Positions 1 through 13,135 are shown, counted from the stretch's first letter. The stretch: 63,779 bases of DNA from Octopus bimaculoides (GCF_001194135.2 NC_068982.1:25623163-25686941); one strand, 5' to 3'. The notes: a model not told the origin generated them from the sequence alone. Numbers and translations: made by a program.

Positions 1-39
1 CTATAACAGTAAGTGACTCTCTTTTGCCTTTTTGTTTTA

Positions 40-300
40 TTTTTTTTTCTTGTTCATAGTGTTATGCTCAAGATGGCTCCGTCGTTCACACGTGCCATCC
101 TTGCTACATTCACCCATCTTTTTTTGAAGCATTCACTAGACAAGACTTCCCTTTCTACTCTCAACTTCCTCTTCAGGTGATACTTGAAGAAGTTGATGAG
201 AGATTGCCCAGAGAGGAAATTCTTTGTCTCTAGACCTTTCAGACGCGTCCACCATACACATTCTTTCGCCATAGCCACAAGTACGATGAAAATAGCTCTA
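40..300 (-). mobile_element. Tx1-like (L1 group) LINE, ORF2 C-terminus and A-rich tail
   Basis: Minus frame AIFIVLVAMAKECVWWTRLKGL..FFKYHLKRKLRVEREVLSSECFKKRWVNVARM, stop at 54-56, then an A-rich tail. Matches the recalled Tx1 ORF2 C-terminal pattern. Confidence 0.7.
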
Positions 301-1247
301 GATAGATAGATAGAGAGATAGACAGGCACACAGAGTGACAGACAGATAAAAGTACGATTATGTATATTGTGTGTGCGTGTGTGTGTTTGCTTGTGAAAGT
401 GCGTGCCTAAAGCTGCACTGTATAATAACATGTAATGTTGAATACGTCTTGGTAGTGGTTTCTTGTCTTTCTTTAACTATAATGTATTTCGGACGTGTTC
501 TAGTGTGTTCCCTTAAGAGACTTCTGCGTACTTGAAGGGATTGGCTTGCAAATTTTCTATCAGTTGACTGTTGTTTAACGTCAAAGCATATTTGATTTAG
601 TATACCTATAAATGAGTTGTATCTATAGTAATTCCTTCCTTGTTTTCATCCGTAGTATGATATAGCAAAGTATTATCTGTCTTTTTTAAAGAAATAGCAC
701 ATGGTCTCTTGTCGCTTCAATGATTGTCTGGAGACTACATATAGGATTTTAGGTATAAGCTTGTAACACATGGGACATGTGGATATAATAAGATTTGAGC
801 AAAGCACATCTCTTCTAGATAAATGAAACGATGTTTTCAATGAATAAAGTGCTGAACAGACTGAGAAAATATATAAAACATGGAATAATAAAGGCAGCGT
901 GAGGATAAGATGAAATAAATGTTATTGTGAACCGACTTGCAAAGCTGGCAACTTGAATACATAACGATGATAAAAACAAAATAAAGAACAGTTTTCAAAC
1001 AAAACTGTGAAACAGTAAAGTAGACACTAAAATAATCGATAGATAAAATGCTTGTATCAAGGATATATGTACATGGTAAGTATAATGAAGGACAAATGGA
1101 TTGAGTGTATAAAGAGATTTTTCTTTCACGAAGAAACTGCAGCTTCTGGCTTTCCAAAGATACACATACATTAATCATTACATACAGATACACACGCGCG
1201 CACGCTTATGCATGTATTTATATATTGTGTGTTTATACATATATGTG

Positions 1248-1282
<35 letters not shown>

Positions 1283-1343
1283 ACGTGTATGTATATATGT
1301 GTGCATGTGTGTGCGTGTGTGTGTGTGTGTGTGCGTGTGTGTA

Positions 1344-1445
1344 TGTTATAATTTAGAACAAACAGTAAGTTGCCATTATAGTACTCGGAGTCTCGAATGT
1401 CGGAGTGAAGAGCTACGATGCATTCTCTTCGGCTATTAATGGCAA
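1344..1445 (+). repeat. About 100-bp direct repeat, second copy at 3185-3285
   Basis: cagtaagttg(c/t)cattatagtactc..gaagagctac..cggcta(t/c)taatggca at both sites, roughly 80% identical. Confidence 0.8.
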
Positions 1446-1614
1446 TAAACGCTATGAAAAACCGTTGAATAAAAGGTAAGTTACTCTAATAGGTAGAAAA
1501 AGAAAAAAAGAAAAAGATAAAAATATACACGCAACCATTTTCTCACAATACATAGACATAAACATCCTGCGTTCATAACGTCTACATACGTACACACTCA
1601 CCCAAACATATCAC

Positions 1615-1668
<54 letters not shown>

Positions 1669-2414
1669 NNNNNNNNNNNNNNNNNNNNNNNNNNNNNNNN
1701 NNNNNNNNNNNNNNNNNNNNNNNNNNNNNNNNNNNNNNNNNNNNNNNNNNNNNNNNNNNNNNNNNNNNNNNNNNNNNNNNNNNNNNNNNNNNNNNNNNNN
1801 NNNNNNNNNNNNNNNNNNNNNNNNNNNNNNNNNNNNNNNNNNNNNNNNNNNNNNNNNNNNNNNNNNNNNNNNNNNNNNNNNNNNNNNNNNNNNNNNNNNN
1901 NNNNNNNNNNNNNNNNNNNNNNNNNNNNNNNNNNNNNNNNNNNNNNNNNNNNNNNNNNNNNNNNNNNNNNNNNNNNNNNNNNNNNNNNNNNNNNNNNNNN
2001 NNNNNNNNNNNNNNNNNNNNNNNNNNNNNNNNNNNNNNNNNNNNNNNNNNNNNNNNNNNNNNNNNNNNNNNNNNNNNNNNNNNNNNNNNNNNNNNNNNNN
2101 NNNNNNNNNNNNNNNNNNNNNNNNNNNNNNNNNNNNNNNNNNNNNNNNNNNNNNNNNNNNNNNNNNNNNNNNNNNNNNNNNNNNNNNNNNNNNNNNNNNN
2201 NNNNNNNNNNNNNNNNNNNNNNNNNNNNNNNNNNNNNNNNNNNNNNNNNNNNNNNNNNNNNNNNNNNNNNNNNNNNNNNNNNNNNNNNNNNNNNNNNNNN
2301 NNNNNNNNNNNNNNNNNNNNNNNNNNNNNNNNNNNNNNNNNNNNNNNNNNNNNNNNNNNNNNNNNNNNNNNNNNNNNNNNNNNNNNNNNNNNNNNNNNNN
2401 NNNNNNNNNNNNNN

Positions 2415-3003
2415 TCCCTCAGTCACAGGTTCAGGATGGTGTTTATACCATTTGTCAGCGGTTTTGATTTTTTAATGCTGACATATTGTCCAGTGTAAAT
2501 ACTGGCCAACTCTGTCATGTCTTGCTTTATATTCTACAGGTGCTAAGACTCTACACTCTGAGATTAGGTGGTCTATAGCTTCAATCGCATCGTTACAAAA
2601 TCAGCATTTTGGGTCAGCTCCATTTTTTATCACATTGGCTTGGTAGTTCCGGGTTAATAAGCTTTGGTCTTGAGCAGCCAATATGAAACCTTCACTCTCT
2701 GCTTTTAGCCCTGAACTTCGGAACCACTGATGTGTGCGTTTCTGGTCGACATCAGCTTGTTTGCTACGATCCACAAACTTGCCATGCAGAGGTTTCTGTT
2801 CCCATCTGCTAGCTAATTTTTCATGTGCCTTTGTCTTTGAAATTAATTTTCTTTTCTTTGCAGCAGCAGTTGGCGCATTTCCTTCAACCTGATCAAGCTA
2901 GTGGGTATCTAAGAGTTCGGTAGCGAATTTTTTGCTCTCTTTCAGAATAGAGTGAAGTTTTTTCGGTCTTTCATGTTTTTCAACAAGTTTCAGCATCCAA
3001 TCG

Positions 3004-3005
<2 letters not shown>
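2415..3005 (-). mobile_element. R4/Dong-like non-LTR retrotransposon, 5'-truncated, running into an N gap
   Basis: Minus frames: DWMLKLVEKHER, WEQKPLHGKF, WFRSSGLKAESEGFILAAQDQSL.TRNY, HLISEC.VLAPVEYKARHDRVGQYLHW. (TAA)n lies on both sides (3008 onward; 1614-1668). Confidence 0.85.
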
Positions 3006-3007
<2 letters not shown>

Positions 3008-3062
<55 letters not shown>

Positions 3063-3063
3063 C

Positions 3064-3135
<72 letters not shown>

Positions 3136-3153
3136 CATCATCATCATCATCAT

Positions 3154-3185
<32 letters not shown>

Positions 3186-3187
3186 TA
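3008..3187. repeat. Compound microsatellite (TTA)n-(TCA)n-(TATG)n
   Basis: Directly visible. Confidence 0.98.
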
Positions 3188-4028
3188 GTTTAAAACAATC
3201 AGTAAGTTGTCATTATAGTACTCAGAGTTTCAAATGCCGGAGCGAAGAGCTACAATGTATTCTTATCGGCTACTAATGGCACATTTATTTTATATATATA
3301 TCAGCGTATATTTAATCGCACACACAGATGTGTTTGTGTGTGTGTGTGGTTTGTGTAATGTGTGTGCGTAGTAAGAATGGCCTGTAGAATGAATCTAAAC
3401 GCCAAGAACAAAGTGTGTTATAGTAGATATTTTACAGACTTCTTGGAATTAGTCTGATGCTAGGACCTAAAAATCCCACTTCCCCATTTTTGTTTATTCA
3501 CTAGGTATCAACTTAGTTTTAAAGTATTTGAATTCCAGAAATGTAAATACGTGTTTATATGTGTTTATATTGGATAATACCGTATTCTATAGATATATTG
3601 CATAAGCTTCAGCTTCGACATTACACAAGTATGTGACCTCCTATACTATTACGTAATTCTTTTTGGAGATACAAACCTTTTTTCGTAGCGGAAAGAAGTA
3701 AATAATCAACTGAAAACGAGAACAGATTATTCTTGTTACTCAATTAATCGATATTCAAAAGCAGAAAAGCGATATGCGTAAAGAATGAATTCTCTTTTCT
3801 AATCCCCATGGAATTTCATGATTTACTTAGAAGCAACGGTAGAATGCTTGTATAAATAATGTCTAGTTCTGTTCAGTATCATCAGTCTACTTACTGATTT
3901 CAAATCAGCTTTGTTTCAACTTTGCACATAATCTCTTCGGTTATCTATACGATAAAATATGTATCTGTTGTATGTCGGTTCCTGATTCTTTGGGTTTTCG
4001 CCTATTCTAACCTCAGAGAATGCCACTG

Positions 4029-4089
4029 AAAACATGTTGCAATGCTACTCAAAACATGTTACAATGCTACTCAAAACATGTTACAATGC
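4029..4089 (+). repeat. 22-bp minisatellite, about 2.8 copies
   Basis: aaaacatgtt(g/a)caatgctactc repeated. Confidence 0.9.
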
Positions 4090-5888
4090 ATTATTTCTAT
4101 ATTTAATGTGCAGTATAAAAAAAATCTGTCATATTTATTTAGATGCTGTTATAATTATGGAAGTTTCAACGGCACAAAGAATACAAAGAAGAGCTTATGA
4201 CAGAATTAAAATTATATCGCAAATCGGTACTATATCACTTTTCGGGCAATCTTCGTCCCTTGCACCAGCAATGTCACGTATCTATTTATTTAAAACGAAA
4301 ATTATACACTGTTTAATTGATGGTCAGGCCTAAATCTCTGCATCACTCATTTTTAATTGCTTCAACGTAAATTGTCTTAACACTACAGTTTCCCTCCGTA
4401 GATTTTGCTACTCCATGCTACAAACACTATAGATTTCTATTGACTAAACGCCAACACAGTAGTCAGTGAGCGTTAATTTTGGTTACATTAAATCAAGTAT
4501 ACTACTGGGATTTATTTCATTGATTACTTCAGTATTTCAAAATCAAAGCCAAGAAATATAAGACCTTATCCTGTAATAATTCGCTTAGCCCCCACTTTTG
4601 TATATGTATCGTCTCTGCCGTCCTTAGACAATACGCAAAATTTCAATAATTCGTTCGATAAAAGTTACTGCATTACATAGCTTTTATAACTTTATAAGAG
4701 CAATCCCACACCTGCTATCCACGTGAATACAGAATTTGCAATCTAAAAGTGCAAGCAAATTTGCTAACTAGGTTGGAGGCGCCACAACGACTTGAATATG
4801 TTACACGCTATATCAGATTGCAGCGAGATATATCAAACTTTGTTTTCGCATCCCTTTTAAGAATAGTAATATAAAAGACAATGAAAATAAATTGCCCCGT
4901 GGTGTTTTTCTTAAAAGTCAATAATGGTTTGTATTTAGGCACAATGCCAGTATTCTCAGAAATTAGTTGATAACATCGATCTCGGTACTTGACTGGTATT
5001 TTGTTTCAATTGACCCTGTGCGATGATTTTCGGACTCAGAACAAAACAATTGCAGACGGTATTTCTTTTTCTCGATGTTCTAACAATTTTGCCAACTATC
5101 CGCCAACTTAAATGCCAATGATAAAAACAAACACAAATCTCAGAAAAGAAAATCTATGCAAAAATATTAATGTGTTTTTTTTTAAACTTACAATGTTTGT
5201 TATCAACAAAAATTTACTTGATATTTCAGACGTTTTACGTATGAATAAGTTTTACACTACAATAAACAAATCTTCAAAATCGATCTATTTAACTAATGAA
5301 TGGCTTAGGTCTTGTTTTTTATTTCATTTTATTCATGGATTCCGTAAATAATGAACTTAACATTATCATGATTATTTTGATGTTTTAAGAAAATTATTCA
5401 TAACTGTACGGCTACTATTGTATAGGAATTTTTTTAAATTCGAGCCGAAATTAAGTTTTCTTCCTTAGTTTGAATGTTAAACTCCTTTATTTATCATCTG
5501 ACTATCTACACCATGTGAGGATTTATATACGTAATACATATAGTCAGCTACAACAGCCAAAGAGGAAACAGAGACATACCCAGGTAGTTGCAAATGTCAT
5601 GTAAAAGAAAAGTAAATCGAGAATAGAAGTAGTTTATTACAGAAATTATTACAGCACTTTAGATAAATTAACCAATAAAACTATTTACTTGTTTAAGATA
5701 AGGTCAGAATTGTTATTGGAGTTAGGGAGCAGGGAAACGATTTAAAAACGATCCACAGTAAGTGCTTAATATTTATTCTATCAACACCGGAATAATGAAA
5801 TATAAACTTGATATAGGCAGGATTAGAATTGTTAATGTAAATGAAATACTAACACAACTCTAGCGTATTATTTGTGGAAGGTAACGCA

Positions 5889-6095
5889 GCAAGCTGGCAG
5901 AATCGTTAGCACCAGGGCGAAATGTTTAGCGGTATTTCGTCCGTCTTTACGTTCTGAGTTCAAATTTCGTCGAGGTCGCCTTTGTCTTTCATTCTTTACG
6001 GGTTGATAAATTAAGTACCTTTTACGCACTGGAGCCGATATAATCGACTAGCCTCTCCGCTAAAATGTCAAGCCTTGTGCCTATAGTAGAAACCA
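5889..6095 (+). mobile_element. tRNA-derived SINE, family A
   Basis: A-box-like tggcagaatcg, B-box gagttcaaatt, central gaggtcg..tttgcctttcatcc..ggggtcgataaa block; many copies in the window. Confidence 0.85.
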
Positions 6096-6104
6096 TTATA
6101 TGTG

Positions 6105-6845
6105 GAAGATGCATATTACCAGGTCTATTTCGAGATCCGGACCAAATCAGATCCCTAATATCTTAACAGGACCTTCTATCCAATGTCCCTAGACGTTATT
6201 GGGAGGTGTCAACTTGCCCCTCCAGGTGCCGAGTTGCAAGCTGACCGACTTATCCTGGTTAATTCTCGCTCCTGTCACGATTTCGTATCTTCTGATGGCG
6301 TTTTCTACACAAGATAGCTTCCCTTCATCCGACACGATGGTAGTCATGTAAATCGCGTACGGGGTCGCCGTCTTCCCACCACTCAGATCACGTGGGTTGC
6401 CCCCCCCCCATTGCATCCAACCTTCGCAGTAAGGACTCAAGCACCAACACATACAAAAGCTGAGACAGGGAGCATCCCTGGCGAAAAGACCACTTTATCT
6501 CGAATGGTTTCGAGAGGAAACCATTCACTCGGACGATAAACTCGATGTTGCTGTACATAGCAGCGATCCAACCTCGGAAAGTCGGGCCCAGCTCGGTACC
6601 CCCGAGAGCCGCCGCCAGGCGCCGATGGTGAAGCACTATCGAAAGCTTTGGACTGGTCTAAATGCACAGTGCTACACCTTTGCCAGGAATTTTTCCCACT
6701 CGCTTCTAAGGTGTAGCGGTTGAGGTGGACATTGTCGTGTATCGAACTACCGGAATGGCGTAAGTTTGCGTCTCTTCGACAAGGTTGCTTACGACCCGTG
6801 CCAACCTCTTTGCTAGAACCTTGGTCAAAATCATTAACTCTATAT
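6105..6845 (-). mobile_element. Tx1-like LINE reverse transcriptase fragment (frameshifted)
   Basis: Minus-strand RT motifs across frames: ILTKVLAKRLA, LDQSKAFD, RQGCSLSQLLYVLVLE, INQDKS..LGTW, GPVKILGI. Confidence 0.85.
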
Positions 6846-7189
6846 TTAACAGAGTTGTGGGCCTAACGTACTTCTCGAGACTACCAAACGCTCTCTCCGA
6901 CTACTACTCTTTTTATGAGTTCGACTAGTTCATACTCCAATCCCCTAGGAGTGTCAATACTCTCACCACAACAGCCATTTGACTGCGGCTGTATGCGGGC
7001 ACCAGAGTCTCACATTTAGTCCATTCTATCCATTTCAATATATTTATATTTCCCCCTGCAGTCACCAATCCTCACCCTGCCCCTCCTGACATAGACACTA
7101 GCACAGAGATACAGATGCCCAAAACTCCCCAAAAATGTGTTACGCGTTAGTGTACAACAAGGCAAACAGAAAACTGAAGAACGATTTTA

Positions 7190-7560
7190 AAAAGATAAAG
7201 AGCGTACTTGTATTGGTAGTCGTGAAAGAGTTTGCCTGAAAACTCCGAATGCGTCCTGGCGATCGAGGAGGAGAGGATCAGGCTGATTAGAAAGTTTGGG
7301 ACAGAAACTGTCGACATAAACTTTATAACGTACTCAAGTAAGTTGCCACCTACAGTGAACTTTAATGACCTTTATTTTAAGTATGTTTGAAAAGTGTAAA
7401 TGAAGTCGCGCGGATGTGGGGTCGAGTGGCTTCGTTCCATTTCATTATTCCTTTTTCCTCTTTCCCACTCGTTTTCTTTTTTTTTCCCCCCACTTATATG
7501 TTTGTCTGTCTTTGTGTCATTCCTCTATGTTTAGCCCCTTGTGAGCAATAAATAAATAGA
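7190..7560 (+). mobile_element. Degenerate Tx1-like LINE 3' end with 3' UTR
   Basis: VLVLVVVKEFA*KLRMR and RMWGRVASF parallel the Tx1 C-terminus at 54-300; ends in cccttgtgagcAATAAA. Confidence 0.45.
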
Positions 7561-9719
7561 TATATTCCAGTCTGGAATTTTTTTCTATGTCTATTGTCAG
7601 ACAGATATGTGGCCTCTTTGAGAAATGGATACATATATGTATATCGCTAAAAACAATATTTATTGTAAGATAGACACAACCCCTAAATGCTAAAACTGAT
7701 GGATTTTTAATTAATTTCCAACGTTTAATTTCACTTGTATCAGATGCTATATAGAATAATAGATGCTAAATCCCTTCTTCACTAAAACATTAAAATAAAA
7801 CATCATCAAGAAGTTGAACATCTTAATATTTTCAGCAGCGATAAAAGAAATATATGTCCACATAACAGCCTCATCATTTTCATTGTTCTATTTCAGATAT
7901 GTTCAATATATCATACCCAAGAAATTTGTACACGTAAAGTATAGAAATTATTAATATAACAGTATACAGATATCACTTTCAATAATCTTTATAGATTCAT
8001 ACTTCATCAACTTTTATCAGTCTATCACCTTCAAATTATTAATAATTGTGATCTACTGGGGATTAAATAAACAAAATGTACTCGATATATTCCTTGAACC
8101 GAATATCTGAATATTTTCAGGTGACGACGACGACCATGATGATGAACACAACGACGATAATGATTATAACTATTTAAAGTAATCTTCCCAATGACACAAT
8201 TATTTAAATAAATAGATTGATGCAATATTATTAGAATAAACATGGTTCAGAAACACAGTTTGAATTCGTGATCAAAGGCATGTATTCTCTGTAACGTTTA
8301 TAAACTTTAAATGAAGTTACAATAGGGGGATTGACCTACTCGAATAGCTTAAAATATAGTTTATGCCTTATAGTCTATAATATAATTTTTAGTATACGCT
8401 ACCGCTGGGCGTTTCTTAGAACTAATTATCCAGATAAAGAATAAGCTGGAGAGTGAGACAATGATAGCGTACTGAGCCCATAGTACAAGGGGATTAAAAT
8501 CGGATCCTTATTTCGTTTCCTCTTTTCAATCGAGAAGCAACAGAAAAGGATCATGAGCGATGTAATTCTTTATAGTCCGACTAAGCTATTGAGCAATTCC
8601 GGAGCATCTAATTTAGTGCATTTTTAAGCCTCTTATGTATAGAGCTTAGCAAAAAATAAAGCTCAGTTCCATTTAAGTTAGCCCACAAACATGTGTCTAT
8701 TCCAATAGACGTTATTTCAAATGTTGTACGTGATTATTTAGAACTTCATTTGGATGTTGTAATACCTACTGCTTCCGTAAATTAGAATTCTGATATTTCT
8801 TGCCTCGCTGAAGGCAATGGAATGTAACTTCATTCGCCCTTCTATGAGATACTATTCATTTTCTACACTGAGAATAATAAACCATGGAACATACATAAAT
8901 TTCGTAGAAAATGTATATACAAGGGATTTTTTCCTATTTGTTTCCATGGACGCATTATAGTCAGAGTAATTACTGATGTTTTATCTTTGGTAACTTAAGT
9001 CTGTATATATAAGTACCTGACGGCACATTAGCTTCTTTTCAAATTCAGCTATATACGTGAAAGAAAAAGATAGATGTCAAAATATTTACATGTATCTTCC
9101 TTTGCAACTACAGTAAATGAATAGCAATGGAAAAGAATGTCTCAATATATAAAACAGTTGTAATTCTAGAGGCATTGCTGAAGACAATTCTATCCACAAA
9201 TCAATGACAACTCTGAGAAAGATTCATTAAAAGTACACATACGATTCGCTGTGCATATTCAATATTTGTTAAATGAACTTTTAAAACATGCTTACTTGGC
9301 TAAACAATAGCTTAGTATCTTTTGAAGAAAGCTGATCATGAATATCAATTGCTGGCTTTTCTAACAGCTTTTAGGTTTCTTCTTACTTCAATCGATAGTA
9401 TCTCAGGCAGTTCAGTAGTTCAATGTCACGTACATTAAACAACGTCTTGACATTGTAAATGAGAAATATGTAATATGAAAATACTTGGGAAAAGAAAATA
9501 TGGACGATTTCTAAACAATATCGTTACCTTTCAATATTCAAATTGATATAAAGTACTCCTTTATGCTCGATAACTATTATTCATAATATATGCACTGAAA
9601 GTAGATGGTGCTTTGAGGAATAAATCTCGTTGGAACGCAGTTTGTACTGCAGTAAAACTTGTCATCATAATTTTCTTTTTATCGTATTGTTGTTTTGTTT
9701 AGATAAATATATATATATA

Positions 9720-9720
9720 A

Positions 9721-9785
<65 letters not shown>

Positions 9786-9789
9786 CACG

Positions 9790-9828
<39 letters not shown>

Positions 9829-9835
9829 ACACTCA
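9720..9835. repeat. (TAGA)n-(CA)n microsatellite
   Basis: Directly visible. Confidence 0.98.
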
Positions 9836-9908
9836 CATAATTGCTTAAGTAACGAGAGTATGGATTTGGTATTAATCTTTACTTTTTATTTTGTCCAAAG
9901 GTCGTTTA

Positions 9909-10347
9909 CACATATCATGTTATTCTCTCTTATGGCTGGGATACCTTTCAACATGTGTTGCATCAGTTTTGCAGTCTGGGCCTCATCAGGTACATTTATA
10001 CTTAAAGGTTTGTGTCTCGCTACAGATCCTGAGCTTTGGCCGTCATGTTGTTATATGCCCGTCTGGTTAGGGAATGAATCATCACTACAATATTCTATTA
10101 CTATTATGTTTTTGGAATAAAAGTTGCAAACTTTATTGAAAAAGATAATAGTAATAGAATATTGTAGTGATGATTCATTCCCTAACCAGACGGGCATATA
10201 ACAACATGACGGCCAAAACTCGGGATTCTGTAGCGAGACACAAACCTTTATGTATAAATGTACCTGATGAGACACAGACTGCAAAACTGATGCAACACAA
10301 CATGTTGAAGGGTATCCCACCCATAAGGGAGAATAACAAGATATGTG
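9909..10347. repeat. Long foldback palindrome (about 217-bp arms, essentially no spacer)
   Basis: Arms are reverse complementary at roughly 93% by eye, with a perfect core of about 70 bp; centred near 10127. Confidence 0.95.
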
Positions 10348-10663
10348 ATTTTGTTTTTGTTATTTTGCTATTCACAGGGTTTTTTTGTAACTCCACATGA
10401 CATTGTACCGTCCTCCGCCGTCCTGCACTATTTTCGGCGTTTTTCAAACCCTAAGTGGTTAATAACAACAACCATTTACAAGGCTGCAAGCTGATAGAAT
10501 TGGTGGAGAATCGGGAAAATGCTTTGCAGGATTACTTCCGAACCATTATGTTCTGGGCTCGCATCCGACTAACGTCTTTTCATCCTTCTGGGGTCGATAT
10601 AATCGATTTGCCCTCATAACTGCCTTCGTACCAAAATTAGAATTACTATTTTGTATAAAAGAT

Positions 10664-10998
10664 CATGGGTGAGGCCAAAATAAGGTGAAGTAAATGCAAG
10701 GTAAATCACAAGAAAAAAAATGTGAATTAATGTAGACTTACTTTATATTCAATATATTGGGGTTATGACCCCATCTTCAAGAAATTGACAATCTTTTATA
10801 CTTTTTTGTTTTTGATCACTGCACACAAATTTTGGTTAGTTCTTGATCTCATTTTCCAAAAATAAATATTTTAGGTGACTAGGGATTTCTACGAAATTGG
10901 TGAGTAGTTTATTCAATAAACTGGCGCTCCATTTCGATAAAAAAGAAAAGTATAGGAATTTTATGGAATACTGAACTCCCTTTCACCTCAATTTTGTA
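10664..10998. mobile_element. Possible degenerate Tc1-type MITE
   Basis: ggtgaggccaaaataaggtga versus reverse complement of tcacctcaattttgtaaccgtg; partial match only. Confidence 0.3.
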
Positions 10999-11949
10999 AC
11001 CGTGCTGTGTTAAGATGTTGTGTATGTGTTTGGCATATTTTTGCATTACATTGATATCTTTCCATGGAAATCTACTTTTCTTCTACCCATCATGTGCATA
11101 TTAAATGTTACTTATATGTCTGTATTCACCTGAAGTGGACCTTAAGTAAAGCAGGGATGTACTCGGAATGAACCTGGAATCCGGTTGATTTCTTATTATA
11201 CTCAGGCTGCTTGATTTAGATAGAGTGGCAATGACCAAAACCAGTTTTCCTACATGCAACTACTCATGTGCTTCTTCTCGACGACTAGGGGGTTGTTCAC
11301 AGCTTCGGCCCAGCCCACACTCAACTGGGTAGCTGTGATGTTTTGCAAAGTTCTGAATGTGTTAGCACTGATGATCGTTTTTGATCTGGAAGATATGTTT
11401 GTGATACTAGAGGTTCATATCTTACGAAGAACTACAAAGAAAATTGCCTTTGATTGTAATAAACCACTTGATATTTTCAAAGCATCATTTTAACTACAGT
11501 CTGTATATCTCAAGATTTGTGTATCCTAATGGAACATTACTATTCATTAGATTTAAATCGCCTGAAATATCAAGTGCGATTAAGTTTCGTTGATTATAAA
11601 TATTGTATGAAGTGAAAAGAAATGTTTAACAGTTTTATAACTTTTCCTTTCTATTTCCATTATTGACATTTAAGAAAAATATCACGGGGAGTTTATTTTT
11701 GTTATTTTAAATTCTTATAAAGAGATACAAAAATATAATTTTGTAAATTCAGCTGCTATCTGATATAAAATGCAATTTCAATCTATGTGATGCCTGTAAT
11801 ACATATTATATTATGCCATAAAAACTCCCAAAATCTAGACGCCAATATCTAAACGTTATCTAAGCTTAATAAAATTATCTATAAAGAAAAATAAACAATA
11901 TCAATGTAATTAATCTCCACAAACAATGAACCAGCGAAAGTTTTCCATT

Positions 11950-12310
11950 CTGCTAGTCGAGAAATGCTATAGGTAGATGTCCCACCATAACGTTCTACAG
12001 ACGATTAGTGGTAAGTAAGAGCAACAACGTTCTCGATGAAGCTTTGGGTGTCAATGGAAATCAACTGGCTTCTCTTTTCTGGAGAACTTTTGGGCCGGAG
12101 CCGAAGTTTAAAATTCAATAAGCTCTGACTTGTCAGTGCAGCCAAGGGACATTGTCAGTTCGGAATAAAATCTACAGGCATTGTAGTACGTCAGCTGAGA
12201 TTGCTCGGGATGAAAACGACGAAACCGTTCCGCATGCACTCGTACAGTCTTCGAACATTGCCGAAAGATGTAGTTATGTTGCGTTTTGGTCGAATTCAGC
12301 TTTCTAGATT
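11950..12310 (+). mobile_element. Degenerate Tx1-like LINE, zinc-knuckle region
   Basis: FWRTFGPEP, ALTCQCSQGTLSVRNKIYRH and DETVPHALVQ match the recalled Tx1 pattern LTWQCYRGALPVRDKLYRH..DETV.HA..QC. Confidence 0.6.
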
Positions 12311-12364
12311 GTGAAAATTATCCCATCGCCATTCTCTAACTTAGAAGGGCAAGCATTTCTTTTA

Positions 12365-12436
<72 letters not shown>

Positions 12437-12473
12437 CTATCTCTATCTTTCTTTCTCTCTCTCTCTCTCTCTC
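12365..12473. repeat. (CT)n-(CTAT)n microsatellite
   Basis: Directly visible. Confidence 0.98.
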
Positions 12474-12939
12474 TGTCGTTCTTGTGGCTATGGCGAAATA
12501 AGGAGTATGGTGTGCGCGAATGAAAGGGCTGAAGACAGGTTTCATTTGGAAAGAAAAATGATGGCGGAGAGGTAGGTACATTCTCTTAGTAAATTTTTCG
12601 AAATGTGGATGAAAGTAGAAAGAAGGAGCCGAGTAAATGATGCTACTCTAAGTATGCGCGTATACGCATAAATTTACGGAGGAGAGAGCACTTATTAATG
12701 GTGCATCTGTTAAGTAGGAGAACCCGGAATCTGTTAGGTTCATTAGTCACGCATGGGTGGCGCTCGCCTCAAAGGAGGAATTTCATTGATTATTGCTAAT
12801 TGTTATTGTTTTATATTTTAAACTAGTTAATCGTCGTTTGCTTTGTATTCTGTCCTTGTGGCTACTAAATTATTATTATTATTATCTTCACCATTATTAC
12901 TATTATCATAGTTATTATTATTATTGTTGCCAGGGAGGG

Positions 12940-13135
12940 GAGCCAGCAGAATTGTTACCACGCCGAGCAAAATGCATGGCGGTATTTCGTTTGTCTCATG
13001 TTCTGAGTTCAAATTCCGCGGAGGTCGACTTTGCCTTTTATACTTGCGGGGGTCAATAAAATAAATACCAGTTGCGTACTGGAGTTGATGTAATCGACTA
13101 TCCCCCTCCTCCAAATTTCAGGTCTTGTGCATACA
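12940..13135 (+). mobile_element. SINE family A
   Basis: Aligns with 5889-6095; followed by (GTT)n/(ATT)n. Confidence 0.85.

Noticed and set aside
9975-10300. CTGATGAG(g/a)c.cagactgcaaaac in the foldback arms, resembling a hammerhead ribozyme or Penelope pLTR core
   Set aside because: The conserved GAAA is absent (GCAAAA instead), and I could not build stems I and III with a cleavage triplet. A covariance-model search would settle it.
9860-10447. Similar Cys-rich peptides on both strands
   Set aside because: A consequence of the palindrome; no evidence of coding.
11110-11495. GC-richer unique block with a 79-aa ORF
   Set aside because: Stops in the alternative frames and no motif or splice support; probably an unrecognised decayed repeat.
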